Assembly: GCA_022749895.1 (NCBI GenBank)
Contig: JAKIWS010000005.1
Coordinates: forward strand, 8,827-72,826
Origin: Thermoplasmata archaeon
Lineage (GTDB): Archaea > Thermoplasmatota > Thermoplasmata > Lutacidiplasmatales > UBA184
Length of the DNA: 64,000 bases
Direction of reading: 5' to 3'
Made by a program: the position numbers and the translations under genes. A model generated the notes under the pieces. That model did not search any database. It saw only the letters and a list, made by a program, of their open reading frames with translations, and was not told the DNA's origin. Positions 54,727-62,755 of the stretch are shown piece after piece (within the stretch, counting starts at the first letter, position 1; the number at the start of each line of letters is the position of its first letter).

Positions 54727-55917
54727 GTGGCGGCCGTCCCCACGCTCAGCTACTCGTCGGTCCGGGCGTACCTCGAGTGCCCGCTCCGATGGAAGTTCCT
54801 CTACATCGACCGGCTCCCGGAGACCCCCCGCGGGTACTTTTCATTCGGCCGGACCGTACACTCGGTCCTCGAAGAGCTGCTGCGCCCGCTCGTCCTTCCC
54901 GGACGGCGGAGCATGTCCGACCGGGTGAGCCAGGCGACGCTCGACGACTACCCCGGGAGTTCGGGCCGCGCGACGCCGGGCCGACTTCGATCCCGCGAGG
55001 AGATGCTCGAATTCTACCGGGCCAATTGGCTCGGCGAGGGGTACACGACCCCGGACGAGGAACGGCGGTATCGGCAGTTGGGCGAAGAGATCCTGCTCCG
55101 GTTCCACGACACGATTTCGGCCGCCCCGCCGACCCCCATCGCGGTCGAGGCGCACCTGGAGGCGACCTGGGACGACATCCCCGTGCACGGCTACATCGAC
55201 CGGATCGACCGGACGCCGAGTGGCGGGCTCGAGATCGTCGACTACAAGACGTCGCGCGAACTTTCGGCAGAGGACGCCGAGGGCTCCGACCAGCTGGCCC
55301 TCTATCAGGTCCTCGTCGAGAAGAACTTCCGGGACCCGGTCGAGCGGCTTACTCTGTATCATTTGCGGAGCCAGACGCCCCACTCGGTCGCGCGCCGAGC
55401 CCGCCCGGCGCTTTCCGAGCTGCACGAACGCGTTGTCTCCGTGCGCGACGGCATCCGTACAGAGTCGTACGAGCCGACCCCCGGCCGCCAGTGTGCCCGC
55501 TGTGAGTTCCGGGGCATGTGCCCGGAATTCAAGGAGGTGCCCGCCGGCGAACGCGAGCGACTGAAGGAGCTCGTTGACCGGTTCGAGACGCTCCGGGCCG
55601 ACGAGCGGCGGCTCGAGGGTGATCTCGCCCAGGCGGCTCAGGAACTCCACCGAGCCGCCGAGCGTCTCGGAGTCCACCGGATGCCGGGTTCGCGCGGCGT
55701 CGCCATTCGTCGGCGCGAGGAGAACTGGCGATACCCTGAAGACCGGGTCCGCGGGATCTTGACCGAGGGAGGTCAGCCCGAGATGCGCTCCCCCCTCGAC
55801 ACTGAGGCGATCCGGCGACTCTTGCGCGACCCCTCGTTTCCGCCGGAGGTCAAGCGGAAGATCTCCGAGCTCGGAAGCCGCGACGTCCGTTGGTACTGGA
55901 CGCTCGAGGACAGCTAG
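54727..55917 (+). CDS. PD-(D/E)XK nuclease, Cas4/RecB-exonuclease-like, with a C-terminal Fe-S-type Cys cluster.
   Basis: SYSSVRAYLECPLRWKF N-terminus. Nuclease motifs GYIDRID and EIVDYKTS. C-terminal CARCEFRGMCPEFK. Confidence 0.65.
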   Translation: MAAVPTLSYSSVRAYLECPLRWKFLYIDRLPETPRGYFSFGRTVHSVLEELLRPLVLPGRRSMSDRVSQATLDDYPGSSGRATPGRLRSREEMLEFYRANWLGEGYTTPDEERRYRQLGEEILLRFHDTISAAPPTPIAVEAHLEATWDDIPVHGYIDRIDRTPSGGLEIVDYKTSRELSAEDAEGSDQLALYQVLVEKNFRDPVERLTLYHLRSQTPHSVARRARPALSELHERVVSVRDGIRTESYEPTPGRQCARCEFRGMCPEFKEVPAGERERLKELVDRFETLRADERRLEGDLAQAAQELHRAAERLGVHRMPGSRGVAIRRREENWRYPEDRVRGILTEGGQPEMRSPLDTEAIRRLLRDPSFPPEVKRKISELGSRDVRWYWTLEDS

Positions 55918-56008
55918 ACGGCCTTCGGCCCCCCCGGAGGCTCGCGCGGGACCGAGCGCGGGTTCCGCTTCGCGTAACCATTATCTCGGTCGCCCGGTAG
56001 GCGGCCGT

Positions 56009-57076
56009 ATGGGGACGGAGCTCGCCAGCGCGGGGCGGGTGGAACCTCTTTACGATGGCCCGCTGACCGTCGCGACCCTCTGTTCCCACTCGTCACTCCA
56101 GATCTTCCACGGGGCGCGGACGGAGGGACTCCCGAGCCTCGGCATCGCCGTGGGATCCCCTCCCCGGTTCTACGATGCGTTCCCCCTGGCGCGCCCCGAC
56201 CGGTTCCTGTCGGTGGCCAAGGTCGGGGACGTCAGCAAGGAGGCCCGCCGCTTGCGCGAGGTCGGGGCCGTCATCGTCCCGCACGGGTCGTTCGTCGAGT
56301 ACCTCGGGCCGGAAGCCTTCCAGGAACTGGACGTGCCGGTCTTCGGGAATCGGGCGGTGATCGCCTGGGAGTCCGACCGGGAGAAGGAGCGGATGTGGCT
56401 CGAGTCGGCCGGGGTGGAGATGCCGCGGCGGTTCGCGACCCCCCAGGACGTCGAAGGGCCGGCGATCGTGAAGTACTACGGGGCGAAGGGCGGCAAGGGA
56501 TTCTTCCTCGCGAAAAACCGCGAGGCGATGGACGATTTCACCCCGACCGGTCCGTACGTCATCCAGGAGTACGTCCTGGGGACGCGGTACTACGTCCACT
56601 TCTTCTACTCCCCGCTTTCGGACCGCGGCTATCGGGTCGGCGACGGCTCGCTGGAACTCCTCGGGATGGACCGGCGCGACGAGGCGAACATCGACGAGCT
56701 GTACAAGCTCGGGGCCCAGGAGGAGCTGCTCAAGGCAGGGATCCGTCCGACGTTCGTGGTGACCGGGAACGTCTCGGTCGTGCTCCGCGAGTCGCTCCTC
56801 CCCCAGATCTTCGACGTCGGAGCACGGATCGTCGAGCGGTCGATCGAGCTGTTCGGGGGGATGGTCGGACCGTTCTGCGTCGAGGGGATCATGACGGAGG
56901 AGCTAAGGTTCAAGGTCTTCGAAATCTCGACGCGCATCGTTGCGGGGACGAACCTCTTCATCTCGGGCTCGAGCTACTCCGACCTCGTGGCCCCGAACCT
57001 CTCGACGGGTCGCCGCATCGCGCTCGAGATCAAGCGCGCCCGGGCCGAGCATCGACTCCGTGAAGTGCTGAGCTGA
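56009..57076 (+). CDS. purP: 5-formaminoimidazole-4-carboxamide ribonucleotide synthetase (PurP, ATP-grasp, archaeal purine biosynthesis).
   Basis: ATLCSHSSLQIFHGARTEG N-terminus. ATP-grasp core YVIQEYVLGTRYYVHFFYSP and GMVGPFCVEG. Confidence 0.85.
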   Translation: MGTELASAGRVEPLYDGPLTVATLCSHSSLQIFHGARTEGLPSLGIAVGSPPRFYDAFPLARPDRFLSVAKVGDVSKEARRLREVGAVIVPHGSFVEYLGPEAFQELDVPVFGNRAVIAWESDREKERMWLESAGVEMPRRFATPQDVEGPAIVKYYGAKGGKGFFLAKNREAMDDFTPTGPYVIQEYVLGTRYYVHFFYSPLSDRGYRVGDGSLELLGMDRRDEANIDELYKLGAQEELLKAGIRPTFVVTGNVSVVLRESLLPQIFDVGARIVERSIELFGGMVGPFCVEGIMTEELRFKVFEISTRIVAGTNLFISGSSYSDLVAPNLSTGRRIALEIKRARAEHRLREVLS

Positions 57077-57129
57077 GGGGCGGCCTCTGGGCGCGCCGCC
57101 GGGGAGTTCGTGCGCCGTCGCACGCGCGA

Positions 57130-58128
57130 GTGGGAGCCGCAGAACCCAAGAGCCCGGGTGGGTCGAGGCGAGGCCACGGAGGGGGGACTACGGACGCGGC
57201 GGTCGTGACCGAGGGGGTCACGAAGCAGTACCCGAAGAACGTCGGGCGGCCGCCGGCGCTCGACGGCGTCAGCCTCTCGATACGGCCGGGCGGCATCTAC
57301 GGCCTCATCGGACCGAACGGCGCGGGCAAGACCACGATCATCCGGATCTGTTCGACCCAGTTACTCCCCACCGCCGGGACGGTGACGATCCTTGGCCACG
57401 ACGCGATCGCCGATCCCCGGTCCGTCCGCACGCGCATCGCGGTCATCCCGCAGGAGTCCCGGCCGCTCTACTTCCTCAACGTCGACGAGCTCGTCTACCT
57501 GTACCTCAAGATGCGCGGGATGGACCGTGCGGAATCGCGGCGACGGACCAACGCGGTCCTCGAGGAACTCGGGCTCGTCGAGGAGCGTAAGCGCCTCGTG
57601 AGCCGGCTCTCGGGCGGGATGCGCCGGCGCGCGATGGTGGCGATGGTGCTCGCCTCCGACGCCGAGGTCCTGTTCCTCGACGAGCCGACGACCGGCCTCG
57701 ACCCCCTCGCGCGCCGAGAGGTGTGGGGGGCGATCCGCCGGACGATTCGGGACCATCGCACCGTGATCCTGACGACGCATTACCTCGACGAGGCCGAACA
57801 GCTGGCCTCCCGGATTGCTCTCCTCGACCGGGGGAAGGTCCTCCTCGAAGGAACGGCGGACGACCTCCGCGCCCGGGTGCGACGGCCGTACCGCGTTACC
57901 GTGGATTCGCGCGTGCCCCGCACCGAGCTCGAGCGATACGGCGACGTGACCGACGTCGACGGCGGGCACCTCGTGTTCACCCGGGAATCGGACGCGCGGG
58001 AGCTCGCGTTGAAGGCCCTCGGCGCCGGGGCGCGGGTCTCGATGGGCCCGGTAAGTCTGGAGGACGTCTTCCTCCAGGTCGTCGGTCGCCCCATCGATGA
58101 CGGAACGACGGGCGAGGAGGCGGCATGA
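57130..58128 (+). CDS. ABC transporter ATP-binding protein (ABC-2/DrrA-like exporter ATPase).
   Basis: GPNGAGKTT, LSGGMRRR, LFLDEPTTGLD. The start may be the internal GTG near VTEGVTKQY. Confidence 0.8.
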   Translation: MGAAEPKSPGGSRRGHGGGTTDAAVVTEGVTKQYPKNVGRPPALDGVSLSIRPGGIYGLIGPNGAGKTTIIRICSTQLLPTAGTVTILGHDAIADPRSVRTRIAVIPQESRPLYFLNVDELVYLYLKMRGMDRAESRRRTNAVLEELGLVEERKRLVSRLSGGMRRRAMVAMVLASDAEVLFLDEPTTGLDPLARREVWGAIRRTIRDHRTVILTTHYLDEAEQLASRIALLDRGKVLLEGTADDLRARVRRPYRVTVDSRVPRTELERYGDVTDVDGGHLVFTRESDARELALKALGAGARVSMGPVSLEDVFLQVVGRPIDDGTTGEEAA

Positions 58129-58904
58129 CGGAGCGTCACCGGTTGCGGTCGGTCCTCACGCTCGCCTACCTGAACGGCATCGTGCCGATGCGAACCCAAC
58201 CGCTGTTCCTCGTCAGCGTTCTGGCGTCGCCTCTCTCCTTCCTCTTCTTCGTGACGATCGCCTCCCACGGTCTCTACCTGAAGTACGCGGTCACGGGGGG
58301 CATGTTGTTCACGATGCTCTCCATCGGCACCTCGCTCCAGACCGACCTCACGCATTACCGGACCGATCTCAAGCTCCAGGACATGGTCGTGGCCTCCCCC
58401 GTGGAGGGGCCGGTCTACGTCACCGGCCTCGCCTTGTCCGAGCTCCTGTACTCGCTCCCTGGGCTCGCGGTATTCGCCGCGCTCTGGGCGACCGGCGGCC
58501 CGGCCCTGGGGGCGACCGGCACCTACGCGTGGCCGGTCAATCTCCCGAACGCGCTCACGATCGGGTTCACGCTCGTCATCGTCTGGGGGTTCGCCTCCGC
58601 TCTCGGCTTTACACTCGCCACCTACTTCGAGGACGTTCGCGAGATCTTCCTGTTCTCGTCGCTGATCTCGCTCGGCCTCACCGTATTCCCGCCGGTCTAC
58701 TACCCCCTCAGCGCTCTCCCGGCCTGGGCGCAGACGATCGCCTACTTCTCACCGACGACGTACGCCGCCCAGCTTCTCCACGCGACGACCTCCGCCGCGG
58801 CGACGCCGGTCGGGTCGCTCGCCGCCGACTGGGGGGTCCTCATCGCGTTCACCGTGGGCCTCCTGTTCCTGGCGGCGGCGAAGGCGCGATGGCGCGAGCC
58901 GTAG
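58125..58904 (+). CDS. ABC-2 type transporter permease.
   Basis: Six hydrophobic segments. Its start overlaps the ATPase stop in ATGA. Confidence 0.65.
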   Translation: MTERHRLRSVLTLAYLNGIVPMRTQPLFLVSVLASPLSFLFFVTIASHGLYLKYAVTGGMLFTMLSIGTSLQTDLTHYRTDLKLQDMVVASPVEGPVYVTGLALSELLYSLPGLAVFAALWATGGPALGATGTYAWPVNLPNALTIGFTLVIVWGFASALGFTLATYFEDVREIFLFSSLISLGLTVFPPVYYPLSALPAWAQTIAYFSPTTYAAQLLHATTSAAATPVGSLAADWGVLIAFTVGLLFLAAAKARWREP

Positions 58905-58987
58905 CGACCGGATTCGCGTCGAATAACGCTCGGCAACTTGTCGCCGGCCACACGCTTATGTAGACGCTCGCTGGTCGAGCGGCCCGG

Positions 58988-59227
58988 ATGCTCGCGCAGG
59001 CCGATCTCCGTGCGTCGTTCACCTCGGACGAGCGGTACCAGCACTGCACGTTCTGCGGGAAGGAACTCGTCGTTCTCCCGAACGACCGGCGGGGCGGGGC
59101 CTGTTTCGACTGCCTCTCGCTCCTCGGCGGGGACCCCGCGCGGTGCCAGGAATGCGGGGCCGAGATCCCGTCCGCCCGCCGGGGCGAAGAGTGTCCCCGC
59201 TGCGGGGCGCCCGCCCCGGTCGCCTAA
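58988..59227 (+). CDS. Small double zinc-ribbon protein.
   Basis: CTFCGKELV...CFDCLS and CQECGAEIPSARRGEECPRCG: two C-X2-C...C-X2-C units in 79 aa. Confidence 0.4.
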   Translation: MLAQADLRASFTSDERYQHCTFCGKELVVLPNDRRGGACFDCLSLLGGDPARCQECGAEIPSARRGEECPRCGAPAPVA

Positions 59228-59297
59228 GGTCGCCCGCGGCGGCACGACCACGCGCCGCCAAGCTTATTCAACACATCCTCTCGGAGAGCCCGGGCGT

Positions 59298-59415
59298 GCC
59301 GAGGTGGCTCAGTCCGGTACGGCGCGAGTCTGGAAAGCTCGTGGCGGAATACGCTTCGGGAGTTCAAAGACCGGGACCGGTCGCCCCGGCCCGGCGGAAA
59401 TTCTCCCCCTCGGCG
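59298..59415 (+). tRNA. tRNA-Ser (anticodon GGA) interrupted by a non-canonical intron of about 33 nt inside the T-loop (around position 59/60; intron approximately 59369-59401).
   Basis: Hand fold. Acceptor GCCGAGG (59298-59304) pairs perfectly with CCTCGGC (59408-59414), discriminator G. D-stem GCT/GGC. Anticodon stem CGAGT/GCTCG with loop CTGGAAA. Long variable arm with a 4-bp stem (GGCG-GAATA-CGCT). T-stem GGGAG (59358-59362) pairs with CTCCC (59403-59407), flanking TTCAAA...T. Removing the insert gives an 85-nt class-II tRNA. Confidence 0.55.
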
Positions 59416-59446
59416 CTCCCTCCCGCCCGCTCTGGAAGGTGAGCTC

Positions 59447-59938
59447 CTGAGCGTCGAGCCCCGGCGCGCGACGCCCGCGCTGCTGCAGATCGACGCGGTC
59501 CTGACCCGGCTTCGCGGCGCCGACGCGCTGCAAGAGGTCTGTCGATTCCTGCGCGCCGAGTTCGCCCACTACCGGTGGGTGGGGGTCTACCGCCTCAACG
59601 GCGAGGAGCTCAGCCTCGCCGCCTGGGACGGCGCTCAAGCTACCGAGCACACAAAGATACCCGTGGCGGACGGGGTCTGCGGCCGTGCGGTCCGTGAGAA
59701 CCGGACGGTGGTCGTGGATGACGTGCGCACCGCGCCCGAATACCTCGCCTGTTTCCTCGAGACCCGGGCCGAGATCGTGGTGCCCGTCCGGGCCGCCGGT
59801 TCCATCCTCGGGGAGATCGATATTGACGGCAACGAGGTCAAGGCGTTCGACGCGAGCGACGCCCGGTTCCTGGAGACCGTCGCGGCCCGGATCGCCCCCG
59901 CGCTCGGCGCGGTGGCCGCACCATCCCCGAGCGGCTGA
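59447..59938 (+). CDS. GAF-domain protein (free methionine-(R)-sulfoxide reductase-like). The start codon is unresolved.
   Basis: YRWVGVYRLNGEELSLAAWDG...PVADGVCGRAV...ILGEIDIDGNEV aligns with the fRMsr/GAF family including the conserved Cys. The frame is open upstream through the tRNA-Ser. No canonical start exists after the tRNA end other than GTG at 59579, which would truncate conserved sequence. Confidence 0.5.
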   Translation: MSVEPRRATPALLQIDAVLTRLRGADALQEVCRFLRAEFAHYRWVGVYRLNGEELSLAAWDGAQATEHTKIPVADGVCGRAVRENRTVVVDDVRTAPEYLACFLETRAEIVVPVRAAGSILGEIDIDGNEVKAFDASDARFLETVAARIAPALGAVAAPSPSG

Positions 59939-60668
59939 GCCGGCGTCGGATCGACCGAAGGGCGTCCGCGCGAGCGCCGTCGGCGTCGAACGCCGGGAAG
60001 TTTCCGGGCCCGGGAGGCTGGCGGCGCAGGCGGCGGAGCTCGCGCGCGATCGTCGGCAACGCTCGCGTCAACTCGTCGATGATGGGGATGTCGGCGGCCC
60101 CAGCGGTCCGCGATAGCGGGTTCAAATCGATGGCGATGACGCGGACCCTCTGGCGGCGAAGCGCCTCCGCGCGGTCTCCATCCTCCAGCGGAACGACGCA
60201 CACGTCCGCGCGGGCGATGCCCCGCGCGTCGACCCGAGCGCGGTCCGACGGCAGACCGGGAAGACGGGCGGTCGGCCGAACCCCGAGGACTTTTCGGACT
60301 CCGGCGGCGCGGAGCCGCTGGGCGACCGCACGGGCCCGGGCGGGGGTGCGGTGGAAGAGGTTCACCTCGACAAAGAGCCCCGGCCACGCGACGGCGAGCT
60401 CGGCGACCTCCGGGGCGGCGAGCGCGGCGACATTGCCGTTGACGCTCAGCACGGGATGCCGAGCCCGCGCGATGTATTCGGCCGCCATCCGGGCCGCCCG
60501 CATCGCCGACCGCGAAGAGCGCTCGCCCAGAAGGTAGTCGAACGCCTCCGCGCGTCCGTGGGCGATTAGCCCCTCGGGAACGACGAGGCCGTGGCGGAGC
60601 GCGTCCGCGAGGCGAGCGCGGACCACAAGGGACGCGTAGCGTGGGTGCGACCGACTGAGGCGCGTCAT
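59838..60668 (-). CDS. 4-phosphopantoate--beta-alanine ligase (archaeal phosphopantothenate synthetase).
   Basis: GLIAHGRAEAFDYLLGERS and VLSVNGNVAALAAPE match the archaeal PPS family. ATG at 60666-60668. The 3' about 100 bp overlaps the GAF gene convergently. Confidence 0.6.
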   Translation of the reverse strand: MTRLSRSHPRYASLVVRARLADALRHGLVVPEGLIAHGRAEAFDYLLGERSSRSAMRAARMAAEYIARARHPVLSVNGNVAALAAPEVAELAVAWPGLFVEVNLFHRTPARARAVAQRLRAAGVRKVLGVRPTARLPGLPSDRARVDARGIARADVCVVPLEDGDRAEALRRQRVRVIAIDLNPLSRTAGAADIPIIDELTRALPTIARELRRLRRQPPGPGNFPAFDADGARADALRSIRRRLSRSGMVRPPRRARGRSGPRRSPGTGRRSRRTP

Positions 60669-60685
60669 GGCCGGGCGGGACGGGC

Positions 60686-61426
60686 CTACTCGCCTTCCGC
60701 CGGGGTCGTGGGTTTCTCGCCGTTGGTTCGGGCGGTGGGCGCCGGAACCCCGAGCTGACCCTCCATGTGGGCCACACGCTGCTCGAGCGGGGCGAGGTAC
60801 TCCTCGATCGTCTTCGCGACCACCAATTTCAGGCTCTCCTCGAGCGCGACCAGGTCGCGGCCCAGGTCGGTCATCCGTCGTGCGTTCTCGCTGAGCAGAA
60901 GTCGCGTCTGCGTCGCCACGCGGTAGGTGTCGGCGACGTCCTTCGTGACCTGCCGCGAGCCCTGCGCGAACGCCTCGACGGAATCCGAGATCGGGCGCCA
61001 CTTCGCATCGAGGTCCTTCAGGACCTGCTCGCTCACGCGCTGAGCGACCGCGTTCGTGCCGTCCTCGATCCCCTTTCCGAGCTGCGCGCCCAGGTCCGGT
61101 CCGAGACGCTCCAACCGGCCCCGCACCTCTTCTTCGAGCGTCCGGTCCCGCTCCTCGGCGCGGGCGAGTCGGTCGTCCATCGCCTCGAGTCGCGAGACGA
61201 GGTTCGCGTAGGCGGAACCGATGAGCGTGTCGACGTGGCTCTGCTCTTGCTCGAGGGCGCGGAGGGTGAGATGGAGGACCCAGTGCTCCTTGCCCTTGGT
61301 CTCGGCAATGGGGCCCCGGTCGACCCGGTCGCGGGCCTCGCGGTTGTCAATGAGTTGCTGGAGCTCCTTCAGGACCTCGAGGCGGAGGTTCTGCGGCCCG
61401 GTCCCCGGAGCGGGCCTGCCGGCCAT
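60686..61426 (-). CDS. Coiled-coil hypothetical protein.
   Basis: Heptad-rich and charged, for example LEVLKELQQLIDNREARDRVD and ALEESLKLVVAKTIEEYLAPLEQRVAHMEGQL. No recognised domain. Confidence 0.35.
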   Translation of the reverse strand: MAGRPAPGTGPQNLRLEVLKELQQLIDNREARDRVDRGPIAETKGKEHWVLHLTLRALEQEQSHVDTLIGSAYANLVSRLEAMDDRLARAEERDRTLEEEVRGRLERLGPDLGAQLGKGIEDGTNAVAQRVSEQVLKDLDAKWRPISDSVEAFAQGSRQVTKDVADTYRVATQTRLLLSENARRMTDLGRDLVALEESLKLVVAKTIEEYLAPLEQRVAHMEGQLGVPAPTARTNGEKPTTPAEGE

Positions 61427-61534
61427 CGGTTCGTAGATGATTCGCTAGGTCTAAATAGGTACGTCGCGGCGCGGAACGGGCCGGTGGCCCCGCCGGGCCG
61501 GCGGGGCGGCGAGTCCGGCGGTCCCCTGAACCTT

Positions 61535-62689
61535 CTAGGAGTCGAAGCCGGGCCCGAGCAGGTCCCGCGCCACGATGAGACGACGGATTTCGGACGTGCC
61601 GGCGCCGATCTCGAGGAGCTTGGCGTCACGAGCCAGCCGTTCGAGCGGCAGGTCGCGCATGTAGCCGTAGCCTCCGTGGATCTGGATCGCGGCGAGCGCG
61701 ACCCGGGTCGAGGCTTCCGAGGCGTAGGTCAGTGCGGACGCCGCCTCCCGCGCGTTCCGGGGATCGCGCTGCACACTGTCGAGCGCGGCGTACACGAGCA
61801 GCCGGGAACTTTCGAGGTCCGTGTACATGTTGGCGAGCTTCTCCTGGATCAGCTGGAACTCGCCGATCTTCTTTCCGAACTGTTCGCGTTCGCGGGAGTA
61901 CTTGACCGAACGTTCCAGGCATTCGTCCATGATCCCGAGAGGGATGGCGGCGAGCACGGCCCGCTCGACGTTGAGGCCGCTCATCATGACCCCGACCCCC
62001 TCGTTCTCTTTTCCCAGAAGCTGGTCGGCCGGTATCCGGCAGCCGTCGAAGGCGAGTTCGCCGGTCGGGGAACCACGCATCCCCATCTTGTCCAGGCTCT
62101 TCGCGACGGAGAAGCCGGGCGTCGAACGCTCCACGAGGAACGCCGTGATGCCGTGCGCCGCCCGGGCCGGCTCGGTCTTGGCGTAGACGATGAGGAGGTC
62201 CGCGACCGGGCCGTTGGTGATGAACTGCTTGGTGCCGGTCAAACGGTAGCCGTCGCCGTCCCGGACGGCCCGGGTCTGGAGCGAGACCGCGTCCGAGCCG
62301 GCCGAAGGTTCGGTGAGGGCGAGAGCACCGATCCGGTCGCCACTCACGAGGCCCGGGAGATAGGTCTGCTTCTGATGGTTCGTGCCGTTGCGGGCCAGAT
62401 TGTCCGCGCAGAGGTTGGCGTGCGCCCCCACCGAGAGCGCCAGGGCCGGGCTCACCCGGGCGATCTCTTCGAGGACAACGGCCTGCGCGAGGTAGCCCAC
62501 CCCCAGGCCGCCGTACTCCGTCGGGACCGTCATCCCGAGGAACCCCTGGTCGCCGAGCCGACGGAAAAGCTCCCGCGGAAAGTAGTCGTCCCGGTCCATC
62601 CGGTCCGCGAGGGGGGCGAGGTCGCGGTGCACGAACTTTCGGGCGGCCGCGCCGAGCTCTTGGATCTCCGGCGGGACGGCGAAGTCCAC
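61535..62689 (-). CDS. Acyl-CoA dehydrogenase.
   Basis: [12 protein letters not shown], the [11 protein letters not shown] substrate-binding motif, and C-terminal IYEGTSEI-like [14 protein letters not shown]. Confidence 0.85.
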   Translation of the reverse strand: MDFAVPPEIQELGAAARKFVHRDLAPLADRMDRDDYFPRELFRRLGDQGFLGMTVPTEYGGLGVGYLAQAVVLEEIARVSPALALSVGAHANLCADNLARNGTNHQKQTYLPGLVSGDRIGALALTEPSAGSDAVSLQTRAVRDGDGYRLTGTKQFITNGPVADLLIVYAKTEPARAAHGITAFLVERSTPGFSVAKSLDKMGMRGSPTGELAFDGCRIPADQLLGKENEGVGVMMSGLNVERAVLAAIPLGIMDECLERSVKYSREREQFGKKIGEFQLIQEKLANMYTDLESSRLLVYAALDSVQRDPRNAREAASALTYASEASTRVALAAIQIHGGYGYMRDLPLERLARDAKLLEIGAGTSEIRRLIVARDLLGPGFDS

Positions 62690-62755
62690 GGCGGTTGCAA
62701 AGCCCGGTTTGGATAACGGTTTGGAGGGCGGGATCCACGACGTGCCGCCCGCGGG

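Noticed and set aside
53706-55505. A 599-aa plus-strand ORF spanning tfb and the nuclease gene in another frame.
   Set aside because: The translation is low-complexity. The genuine TFB and PD-(D/E)XK frames account for the region.
59228-59446. Upstream extension of the GAF ORF, open from 59228.
   Set aside because: It is overlapped by the tRNA-Ser and contains no start codon. The translation before about 59447 lacks GAF/fRMsr homology.
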